DNA of 64,000 nucleotides from Rhizophagus irregularis. Its lineage: Eukaryota. The DNA is taken from contig NC_089432.1 in the NCBI RefSeq assembly GCF_026210795.1, forward strand, positions 2,170,001 through 2,234,000, read 5' to 3'. The notes below the pieces were generated by a model, which was not told the origin of the DNA, did no database searches, and worked only from the letters and a program-made list of their open reading frames with translations. A program made the position numbers and the translations under genes. Of the stretch, positions 12,583-23,002 are shown in pieces (positions within the stretch are counted from its first letter, which is position 1; the number at the start of each line of letters is the position of its first letter).

Positions 12583-15500
12583 GCAAAAATTACCTTTTTG
12601 ACCCTCCTCGTGCTACTTTTTTGACCCGATCAAAATATGCAAGTTTATGTGTGACAAAATTATATTTTTTTTGACCCGAAATGTGATAATTAGTTATGTG
12701 ATAAATTAGCATTTAGCAATGACATAATATTATATAAGTAATATAACGTGACTTTCTTTTTGAACACCAACGCGTTATAATCTCGTTCGTTCACTTTATT
12801 TGTAATTTGTATACTATATCCAACGCGTTATAATAACGTTCATTCACTTTATTTACTTGTAATTTGTATACTGTATACAGTATTTCCTACTTTTAATTTT
12901 TATATTATAATGAATAGTAATAGCTTCGAAAATTTTATTCAGTATAATACTGCTGAAAATTCTGTTAGTGTTCCATTTGGTCGTGTTGCAGAATATTATC
13001 TTAAGAACCACCCTTTGCTTAAAAATATTCGTTTAAAAAGTCAGAGCCGAAAAAAAACCCCTGAATTAATTAAAGAAGAGCTTATTTTAGTTGAACGTGT
13101 TGAGGGAGCTGTTGACTTTATTGAATGGAGAACAAAAACTGGTCAAACAAAGTCAACAAATCGAATTGATGACATAATCAAATTAACAGAAAAAGGCGAA
13201 GAATTAGTTAGACAAATTGAAGCAGGTGTAAAAAAAGATAAATTATGTTGGCAATGGGTGATGTATTGTGCGGGAGATGGTAATTCTTGTCAACGTGAAT
13301 GTGGTGAAATTGGCAAGTGTATGGAAGGTTGCCAAAATGAAATGTTACCAAATAATCTAAAAAATGGTAACGATATGCATCTTTGTAAACTGCGAATTGT
13401 TTCAGAAGTATATTTGTCTCAAATCAATAATTCAAATCCCCTTAAAATAAAAGTATTAAATTCTCATTTGTCATCTAATATTCTTATGACTCATACACCA
13501 CAAATTGATCGGTTGAGTTTAACTCGGCAAGTACGTGATAATATCATAATTAATCGTAGAGCAGATCACAAAACAACTAAAAATATTAAAGCTAAAATGT
13601 TAGCTCCGTACAATGGTGCAAATGAAGAAGTTTTACGAGAAGCATTACATAATCAAAAAGAAATATGTGATGATAAAAAATTGTATAGATTTTTAATACG
13701 TGATGATAGACGGACTAAAGAAAGTACAGGTCCATGGACAATCTTGCATTATTTAATTAATGAAATCCTTAAACCAAAAGGATATATTCTTTATTATCAA
13801 CAACCTGATTTATCTGCAGAAACAAGTTCTGAGCATTTTTATCAATTAACATTATCAGACCAATTATGGTTAAAAAATGCTCAAAGGTATGGAAGACACT
13901 GTATTGGAGTTGATAGTAAGTACGATTTAAACAATGATCGTGCACCAGTACTTGCAATTGTAGCTGAAAATAGTGCAGGGTTTGGCACTCCATTGGCATT
14001 TGGTAAGAATTAAATCATCTAATTTACCTTTAAGTTTAGAATATAAAGTATATTTTTTATTTAGGTTTATCTAATAAGGAAAATAATTGGACGACCAGTA
14101 TTGCATTAATGTCATTAAAAAATAATGTACCATGCAATAATCCAGACTGCGAACATAAATGGTATTATGAGGATTTACCAAATGGAAAGGGTTTTAAAAG
14201 AATTACAGAATGTGCAAAAAATCATAGTTGGATTCCATTGGTAATGATGGATAAACATCGACCTACTAAAATAGCCACTGAAAAGGTATTGGATCGTACG
14301 ATCTTATGCTGGTTTCATGTTATGCAAACATTTGGCGAAAATTTAAATAATTGGAATATATCATGGCCATTACGGTAAATATACTATACTGATTGTTGTT
14401 TAGCATATAAATTAAAGAAAATAAAAGAAAAGCATGTAATTTTTAGATTTACATTTCTTATAGATACCCAATTGCATTAGCATTTAAAATAATTGGAAGA
14501 AGTAGGTCAGTAGATTTAGCTAAAGAACTAGGGTTACTATATGTAAACTTTATCAATTCACTAGATCTTAAACAGGATTTGAAAAATAAATTAATTAAAG
14601 ATTTGAATAATAACTGGATTTGTGATGAATGGATTTTAAGTTTTATTGATGCGGGAAGGATTCTTGAAAGTACAACGCATATAATGACCACAAATAATTA
14701 TACAGAAAGGTTAAATCGTACAATTGAATCTCAATACAGTGGCACTAAAACAGTAGTTAATTTTGTTGAAAGATTATATGGTATTCGGCTATTTCGGGAA
14801 AATTTAACAAATGAATGTGGTCAGTCAAACTTTGAAGCTGGACTTGCAACAGTATTTGATATGCAAACAATTGAACAGGTATGTATAATATTATTTTATG
14901 TTATAATATTTGTTTATATTTATTATTAATTTATTTTGGATAGGAAACGCAAGCCGCACATCTAGCATCAGACAAATTGCGTAGATTAAATCATGGGAAA
15001 CTATTATTCCTGTTAGGTTATGTTGAATTTGCTGGTGTTGATAATTATTTTTACTTAAAAAAAGGAAATTATCCTTTTACAATAGAAACATCGTATAATG
15101 ATGAATTAATTAACTTGGATCGTAATGGTTTGAATTTATTAATGCCATTACATAATAAATTAATGGAACAGCATTTAAGCAAGGTTCCAAATCATCATGA
15201 TCATTCCGAATATTACTTAATTAACATAAAGACTGGAGAATGTACGTGTTTTGATTATATCTGGAACGGACCTTTTAGAGATACTTGCAAGCATTGTCAT
15301 GCTGCATTAATTTATCAAGAAGCAATCAAGTCTTCCGATATGTTACTTTTTAAACAAGAGATTAAAAAGGAATTAGTACAATATTTTAAAAATAAGCAGA
15401 GAGTATTGCCCGTGGAATCAAAAAATATTTCAATATACAATGAAGACATCGAAACTGCTTACTTGGAAATTGTTAATTTATATAACACAAATGGTAATTG

Positions 15501-16476
15501 ATAATCTTATTTGCTTATTTATTATACATACAATAATCTGATTAATGTTATTTTAGGTTTGGCAATATTCAAATCATATTCCCGACCAAATGAAAATAAT
15601 AATGATCCATTTCGGCCTGTAGAACTAAATAATTATAAAAGTAACAATGGGGCTCCTCCAAAATCATCGGCAAAACCAAGAAAACCAAGTAGAATCCTTA
15701 AAGATACTGATCGGAATACACCATTTTCTGAACAAACAAGAAGCACAAAAAGAATTAGGAAAAATATTCGTAATGCTAAGGTATTATAAATTAATGTAAT
15801 TATTAATCATAATGCTGTTCTTTTCTAACAAAATTTTATTTAGGAAAACATTAAAGGCATAGAAAATCCATATGAACCTTTAATTACATCACCCTTTCAA
15901 AATGCTCAACCAACAATTATGCAATCTTATTCGCAAAATAATTATATCCACTCTTTATTACCCATTTCACAATCAATACAAACTCCTATAGATTCTTCTT
16001 ATGTATATCCTACAAATTTACCAATTTCGTTTCCTAGCACTACACCATACTATTCAAATTCTTCAGTGCAATTAAATAATTGCCCACCAACCCAAAATTC
16101 ATATTCTTTTACGCCATACCTTGCAAATGTTAACTCCTATTCTGAATCTACACATAATAATATGACGTCCAGTACACCTATGCCAAATTTTTCAAGTTCT
16201 GATAGTAGACAACAAGAAAATAGACTATATTATTATGTTTAAATAGAGAAATCTTCAATAAATTTATTGTAATAAAGTTTTTTTCGTAGTGTATTTAAAA
16301 AAAAAAATTTTTTTTGGTAGCGCCTGTTAGCCTGTAACACGTTTCATCGCTAATTTATCACATAACTAATTATCACATTTCGGGTCAAAAAAAATATAAT
16401 TTTGTCACACATAAACTTGCATATTTTGATCGGGTCAAAAAAGTAGCACGAGGAGGGTCAAAAAGGTAATTTTTGC
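12583..16476 (+). mobile_element. Complete Mutator-like (MULE) DNA transposon
   Basis: 128-bp TIRs (12583-12710 and 16349-16476, G...C ends); 9-bp TSD GGTAAGTAC at 12574-12582 and 16477-16485; internal transposase. Confidence 0.95.
12910..16242 (+). CDS. MULE DDE transposase with SWIM zinc finger, 996 aa, 6 exons
   Basis: Exons 12910-14002, 14065-14374, 14464-14878, 14944-15493, 15557-15780, 15844-16242 join in frame over GT-AG introns (2991 nt). Motifs CIGVDSKY (D), VMMDKH (D), CWFH (CxxH), TTNNYTERLN (E), SWIM CTCFD...CKH. Confidence 0.92.
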
Positions 16477-16745
16477 GGTAAGTACTGAAGTATATCATGA
16501 GTTCAATCTTACGTCATGAGATCGTCAACAATTACTAGACATTTATTACTTATTGTTATTAAAATAAACGGATATATATAATTAATAATAAAATTAAATA
16601 AATGAATAAATGACTAAAAAATATATATATATTGTATATTTATATAAATGATAATTTGTATTTAATCGCAATATCTGTTTCGTGGCTAAATATTAATTGA
16701 CAAAAAAATATTTTAATTATCAAATAAAAAAAAATATTAACAAAT

Positions 16746-17180
16746 TTATATATTGTTAAAATATTTTACTTGTCGTGAATTTGTTGCATAAGAGGTTTCT
16801 TGATTAAAATTATTTCTTCTTTCCTTCGAATCAAGATCTCTCTGATTTCTTGGTGGTGTTTTTGGTGGTACGTGTTGATGATTATCGTCATCCGAAAATC
16901 TAACTTTCTTTTCTTCTTTTTTTGTAAGATCTTCTACTAATTGCATCATTTGATAAATTGCTTCCTTGATCCTCTTGTCAGATGAATCATTTTCTACTTT
17001 AACTTAAATTTTAATTATTACTAGCTCTTCATTTTCTTTTTTGTCCACGTGAATGTTTGTACCAGTTCTCGTAGCAATGGGTTTTAAATTACATCCTTTA
17101 TGACCAATTAATTTACCAACATCAACAGGGTTGGTAATTTCAATAGCGGTATAAACCTTAAAGGAGCTTTGGTTTTCCAT
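16746..17180 (-). pseudogene. KH-domain protein (copy 2) with a single in-frame stop
   Basis: MENQ...VGKLIGHKGCNLKPIATRTGTNIHV with intact GxxG; TAA at 17004-17006 lies in frame with the downstream ORF 16746-16949; the paralogue reads IKIYV at this position. Confidence 0.75.
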
Positions 17181-17399
17181 CTTTGAAAAGAATATGTGAA
17201 ATGATTTATTGTTTATTATTATTATTATTATTTTTAGGAAAAAATATTTTTTTGGTTTGAACAATATGAACGCCAAGGGGGATTATTTATAATTTTGAAG
17301 CTAACGCCAAAATTTCCTTTTTAACGAATAAAAGGAGTTTACAAACAAAAGCAAATTTTTTATTAAATATAAATTTTATTAACAAAAACCATAAAAAAT

Positions 17400-17600
17400 A
17401 GGGATGATCGGACACTGTTTTCCAGATCATCGGATGAATTTTTTGTCTTTGTTACCAAAACTCATGCATATCATACACGTGATAATCTCCTCATTTCGTT
17501 ATTGGATTTTATGTTTGATATATTCGAATCAGTTTTTTCAGCAATGGGTTTTAGGTTACGTCCTTCACGACAAATTAATTTTTGGAGGAATAAATGAATT
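17400..17600 (-). pseudogene. KH-domain fragment (copy 3)
   Basis: Minus strand translates KLICREGRNLKPIAEKTDSNI, homologous to copies 1 and 2. Confidence 0.6.
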
Positions 17601-17782
17601 ATTTTTAATATACTCATTTCAAAAGAAAAAAATTATAATAATTTATACAATTTATTATTATAATTTTTTTTTCTAGTTCTGAAATTTTAATATTTTAATA
17701 ACAAAAAAAAAAACATTTTTAAATAATTTTACGCAAATATAAAATTTTCATTATTAAAAATGATATTTAAATGAAATTAATT

Positions 17783-17815
17783 TAACCTAACCTTAACCCT
17801 AACCCTAACCCTAAC
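17783..17815 (+). repeat. Short interstitial (TAACCC)n telomere-like repeat
   Basis: TAACC TAACC TTAACCC TAACCC TAACCC TAAC. Confidence 0.7.
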
Positions 17816-18365
17816 GAACAAATAAAATTGATTTAAATTAAAGGGATGACTTTTACAATATTATTTCAGTATATTAGTATCATTATATTTACAGAAATTT
17901 GTTTAGGACAATTCATAAAATGATACTATAAAAGACTTATTATTACTCGCTATGAAACCGATATGATGAAAGCAGTATATAATTCGGTGATGAACGATAG
18001 ATTTAAAAATCTTTAAAATAAGTATAAATTCTATTCTACGTAGTTTTTAGTAATGTCTCAAACATAAATTACTTTTTAAAAACAAATTTCAATTTGTTGG
18101 TAACCTTTATTTTACGGGTATGCGCATATTTTATTTTGCGGAAGTAACAATTTGCAAAAAGACAAATAAGTTTAGCTAATAGTCTTTAAGAAGATCGTGC
18201 TAAGTAGTACATAATATTTGTATAATATTAAAATTACAATTTTCTAATATTTATTTCGATTTTACATTGACAGTATATTTCAATAATGTGTATGCAAAAA
18301 GTTGATATAACTCAAATCTATAAATATTAAAATATACAGCTCAAACTTGCAAATCTTTTATTTGA

Positions 18366-18595
18366 GGCCGTTCCAACTTGATTGTTTTTTTAACGTACCC
18401 ACCTTTTTATTTTTTAAAAAATCTGAATTTTGATAAATATATAATGACACATATGTTTAAATGCCAATCTAAATTTAAGTTACGATTTTTTGAAATTTCC
18501 CGAATTTTCCAAAGTTTTATTCATTTAATTTGTTTAATTAAAACTCCCTCCCCCCTCAAACTATTCAGAAAATCTAGACGTTAAACAAACAATCT
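18366..18595. mobile_element. Truncated MITE related to the 44764-45027 element
   Basis: GGCCGTTCCAACTTGATTGTTTTTTTAACGT left end, partial inverted end GACGTTAAACAAACAATC, and a C-rich tract mirroring the G-rich tract of the other copy. Confidence 0.5.
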
Positions 18596-19185
18596 GCGTT
18601 CTGCTAATTTACTAGAAAGTTAATTACATGACTTAATTTAAAAAAAGGTTGGACATTCCAAAAACACTAAACGAACATGTCTCATTCCAAATTTGAGTAA
18701 CATCTATTTGAACGCAGATGTATGTATTCTATTTTAATAGATACAGTGTTTTACATAAGATTACGTGTCATGACAGAATAAAATTGCTTTTTATTTAGAA
18801 AACTGAAATCATGACATATTAAGAAAGAACATTCACGTAATATTTTAAACAAGACGAAAGAATATTTTCTTTGTTTTAAATTCCATTAATTAATATTCAC
18901 AAAATTTAATTATAAAGTTATTACCATGTATCAACCCTGTAAAAAAATTTTTCAGGAAATGATCACATGTCTAAGTTTCTCCGGAATAAAAACCATTTTT
19001 TTCATTTTATTAAACGAATAATTAACAGGGGTCAGTTACTTATGACTAGGGCTATATTAAAAGTAATTGTCCGGAGCGAATGCGAAGGACTATATATGTC
19101 TACGCACTATGAAAAATGGTCGATCACGTGTCCCGGAATTCCAAGGCGTTATGCTCCCTATAAAAAATTTCTCAGAAAATGATCA

Positions 19186-20716
19186 TTTTTTTTTTATTTT
19201 ATTTTTAAAATATAGACTCGACTGGGGTCGAACGCTAAATAAGAATAAACATGATTTAAAAAAACAATAAATTCTAAGCTAATGATAAACCCAACCTCTC
19301 GGGAGAAGCCCGAAGGGGTCGTCTTGCCTCTTATTCAATAGAACAATCAGGCATAACCGGGAGTCTAGAAAGTCGATCACAAAAAAAAAAGATTTATATG
19401 ATCCGTATTTTTCTTTCAACTACAAGAGTCGCCACCTGTAAATACTGTCATAGGTGGAATGGTTAACACTATTTTAAATTGTAAAAAGGAAATTATTGTA
19501 ATGCATCTGAGATGCTAAATACGGTCAAAATAAAATGTAAATAAGATTCAATACATTAATTTGAAGACCTAAATTACTAGGGAATCGAAATAATAAACTA
19601 CTAGTAAAAAATAAAAAAAAATTTTAATCGAAAGGTCAAAGCTCCAAATATAAGGAGACATCCTAATTTAAAGGAAAAGTGAACATCGAACCAAGTTGGT
19701 GTCCGTGTAATTATCTTGTAATAGAGCACACAACTAGAAACCATAAGGTTTCTGGAACCCATCCGTTGTATATACGGGGGGGTAAGGAGTCGAGTTGAAT
19801 AGGTCAAGCGTCACCATTGGTATAACGGCAGGTGGAGATATAATATTCTCTGTTGAATCCAAATCGTTTGAATCAGCGGTTATATAACCATCAGATGATG
19901 ATGAAGCCTCGTTAAAACTTTGAGGTGAAGGGAAAAGGGTTGGTTTGGTTGAAGTGGAAAGAGTATCCAACTCTGAAAAATCAAATACTGTAATCGGTAT
20001 TTGTTTGGGTGTTGAAATTGGCTCCTTAGAGCCTTGGGGTGATAGGGTAAGTTCCGGTTTGGGTGAACTGGTTGAATTTTCCAATATGGAAGAATCATCA
20101 ACTATAAGTGGTATGTTTCGGGATGATGGAACCGACGATGTTACCATTTCCGCAGGAGAATCTGTCAGCTGTGGAGGAACAGAAGTTTTCCAACTCATGT
20201 TGGACAAGTGGGTTTGTGCCGAGTCATAACTCGCGGCTGAAGATATATCAACTTCAGAAAAACACGGTGGTTGTATAGAATGTGTGAGTTGTGTTTGGCG
20301 AATATGATTTGACATTTGCCGTCGCTGATCGAATTTCTTCATGAAATCAAAATGCTCGTCGTATTTCTTGAGCATTGGAAGGGTATGTGTATCCCGAGGG
20401 TCTAAGGTGGTATTATAAAATGTCGAGGGGGGTGGTAAGTATCTCTGTTTATGTATGACCTGGGGTGAGAAGGGATTAACCTTCCGGGGCGAAGTACCAT
20501 CCAATTGGACTTTTTTAGTACTATGAATAGGTATAGGGAATGAATAGTTTTCTCGGCGAGGGTTACACTCATTATATTTCAAGTGTCGGATGGGTGTGTT
20601 GATATGTTGAGGGTAAAAAAAAAGGAATTTATGTCGATTAGCAACAGCTAAACGATCATTAATCTCATAACCATCCGCCGGGTGTAATTTGTTTATTTTC
20701 CCATAGTGTGGGTGTA
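19186..20716 (-). mobile_element. 5'-truncated non-LTR-type retro-insertion with poly(A) tail
   Basis: 12-bp direct repeat AGAAAATGATCA at 19174-19185 and 20717-20728; poly(T) directly after the left copy; ORF open up to the right boundary. Confidence 0.8.
19734..20716 (-). CDS. 5'-truncated Ser/Pro/Thr-rich ORF carried by the retro-insertion
   Basis: About 326 codons open, intronless, GC-elevated; the track's GTG start lies in the TSD; no RT or endonuclease motif seen. Confidence 0.55.
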
Positions 20717-21457
20717 AGAAAATGATCACATGTCTTAGTTTCTGCTAATCAGTAGAAAAATTGCGATCACGTGAGTTTCTCTGTCCAGGAACTCCAAGGC
20801 GTTATGCTGCTAATTAGTAGAAATCGCTACCATTCTTGATATATGTTAATATCTTTATTTATTATGATACTTCGCTCCGGACTTACAACGGTTCCCGTTT
20901 CCTAGTATTATAATATCAGAAAAACATTTATTGATTCATTTTAAAAGTAATATTACAATTATTAAAAGTATTTCCTTGTAATAATAAATCAGTATTCAGA
21001 ATAAAAGAAAAAGAAAATGTAACTTCATTAATTTTGGCTGAAGTTATAAATTTGCCAGAATTACTGTAAAATAAGAACGTCCGAATAATATTTTAATTTA
21101 GCAATTTTAACATCAATAGAAAAGACAATACATTAATATAACTATCAAATTCTTTACATAATTCTTTAAAAGTTTTCTCAATACTTTTTCACTTTAGTAT
21201 ATTTTATTCTTTTGAGAAATTTCCAATATAAATTTTTTAATTCGTGTTATAATATCGAATAATTTTATAAACGTATATAATTTGTTTTAATAAAAAAAAA
21301 ATTCTTCGCTATCTTTCTTTTTTCTCTAAAATCTCGTGCTGATTATTATGCAGCACGAATTCTTTTTTTTTTTTAAATATTTCACAAGTTCGTTTATTGT
21401 GTTCAGCAGCTTCTACTAATTCGATGGTTTCGTTAAAAAAATTTCCAATATCATTAA

Positions 21458-22495
21458 TTAAAAAAAGAAAATTTGAATCAGAATGAATCCAATCATGGAA
21501 AGAACCAAAGCAAAAACTATATCTCCAGAGAAATCATCCTTTTTATTCTTTCTTGATCTTCCTAATTCATACAACTCTGTGCTTTTCCATCCAAAAGCAT
21601 CTTCTAATTCACCCAAAATGTCACCCAAATACTTCGATTCTGTTATTTGCGATGCTGGAGTATTAACGTTCATTTGAGCGAGGGCAGAAAACACTATGTA
21701 AGCACGAGACTCATACTGAATAAGATCTTCAAAAGATGGTTTATTCAATGCGATCCATGTATGAATGTCATTTGCATGAAAACGGTCCATGGCATACGAT
21801 GTCTGTGCATGCCAAATTTCCATAAGCCAATATAGCTTTTTCATTCGGAAATCTTCTACACCATATAAATCGTTACCAAAAGAAATCAGCTCATTCATCC
21901 TCTCCGCGGAGGCTCTAAGAGTACATGACTTCCAATCTAAATTTCTTATTAATTGTTCGTAATTTTCATTTGTCATAGGTATCGTAGGCGCAATAACGAA
22001 GTGCAATGCTCCTTGAAAATCAGGGGGAAATCGAAGCTTCATTTTATGAGTGTAAAAAAGAGCCAATCCCTCAGGAAGAGACGTTCCTCGAGGAAGGAAG
22101 TAACAGGGAGTATTTTCTTCACTGATACCTTCATTCGGCGCAAAACAGGAAACTCCCTTTGCATGCCTATCACCGACATTATAGTATCTTAGATATCCGG
22201 GACGTGTCTTGTCAAGCCTGTAATCTGCCCAATAAAGTTCTTGAAGTATAGCATTGGGACGGTGAACTTCCCAAGGAACTTGTGTAAAAGTCGAGCCTAT
22301 TTCCGGTTCTTCTATCGTAAACATTTCTTCTGTTGTATACAGTTCTTCTATCGTATACAGTTCTTTTTCTGTATACAGTTCTTCTTCTGTATACAGTTCT
22401 TCTTCCGTATACAGTTCTTCTTCTTTATACAGTTCTTCTTCTGCATACAGTTCTTCTTCCGTAAACAGTTCTTCTTCTGTATATAGTTCTTCCAT
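21458..22495 (-). CDS. Tse2-like ADP-ribosyltransferase-fold protein with N-terminal (EEELYT)n repeats and C-terminal TM helix
   Basis: Motifs EVHR, KGVSCF, YFLPRGTSLPEGLAL, HFVIAPTIPMTNENY resemble the ADPRTs_Tse2 family; terminal IVFALVLSMIGFILIQIFFF; first in-frame ATG at 22495. Confidence 0.65.
   Translation of the reverse strand: MEELYTEEELFTEEELYAEEELYKEEELYTEEELYTEEELYTEKELYTIEELYTTEEMFTIEEPEIGSTFTQVPWEVHRPNAILQELYWADYRLDKTRPGYLRYYNVGDRHAKGVSCFAPNEGISEENTPCYFLPRGTSLPEGLALFYTHKMKLRFPPDFQGALHFVIAPTIPMTNENYEQLIRNLDWKSCTLRASAERMNELISFGNDLYGVEDFRMKKLYWLMEIWHAQTSYAMDRFHANDIHTWIALNKPSFEDLIQYESRAYIVFSALAQMNVNTPASQITESKYLGDILGELEDAFGWKSTELYELGRSRKNKKDDFSGDIVFALVLSMIGFILIQIFFF
22320..22492 (-). 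repeat. 18-bp coding tandem repeat, about 10 copies
   Basis: CAGTTCTTCTTCTGTATA-type units encoding EEELY[T/A/K]. Confidence 0.9.
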
Positions 22496-22767
22496 TGAAA
22501 AACAAGGTCTCACGTAATTCGTAATTCATATTTATTATATTTATTGTAAATTCTTGATTGGCACTGCGCCACAAAATTTCTAATTTCTTCCATGCTATTA
22601 CTAATGATTGACGTTATCGGGGCCAACGTAACCATCAAAAAATCATCAAAAAAATCTCAATAAGTACTGAACTTGGGAATTATCATTCAATCTTTTCATC
22701 TGATGTACAGTATCTTCATATTCAATTTCCATTTCTTTCAAATTGTACAATTGTCAATCCGTTAATT

Positions 22768-23002
22768 AATCGGATAAACGGATATTGGGTTTATCCAAAA
22801 ATCTGCATTACCAAACTAAGTTTAAATTAGATGACTATCCCACAGTATAATCCGGTAAATCATCGATCGACCCAAGTTAATAAAATCGGATAATCGGATA
22901 ATTGGACAATTATGGTCTGTGGTTGGTTATCTAATATGATGATGATTTAAATTAGTTTGATAACGCAGATATTTGGATAATCCAATATCCGTTTATCCGA
23001 TT
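22768..23002. mobile_element. MITE-like element with about 60-bp inverted repeats
   Basis: AATCGGATAAACGGATATTGG...AAACTAAGTTTAAAT is mirrored at about 22945-23002; internal ATCGGATA sub-repeats; no TSD recognised. Confidence 0.65.

Larger units (their letters stand above)
19067..20906 (+). mobile_element. Non-autonomous Helentron/DINE-1-like element interrupted by a retro-insertion
   Basis: 12-bp subterminal inverted repeats GTCCGGAGCGAA (19069-19080) and TTCGCTCCGGAC (20871-20882); 3' stem-loop AACGG-TTC-CCGTT (20887-20899); internal repeat CCAAGGCGTTATGCT; related fragments at about 18936-19000, 35540-35610 and 60995-61065. Confidence 0.6.

Noticed and set aside
19280..19460. Hammerhead or HDV-like ribozyme in the retro-insertion UTR
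   Set aside because: No CTGATGA/GAAA core or HDV pseudoknot could be identified by eye.
21483..22486. Plus-strand ORFs opposite the ART-like gene
   Set aside because: Antisense shadows of the real minus-strand CDS.
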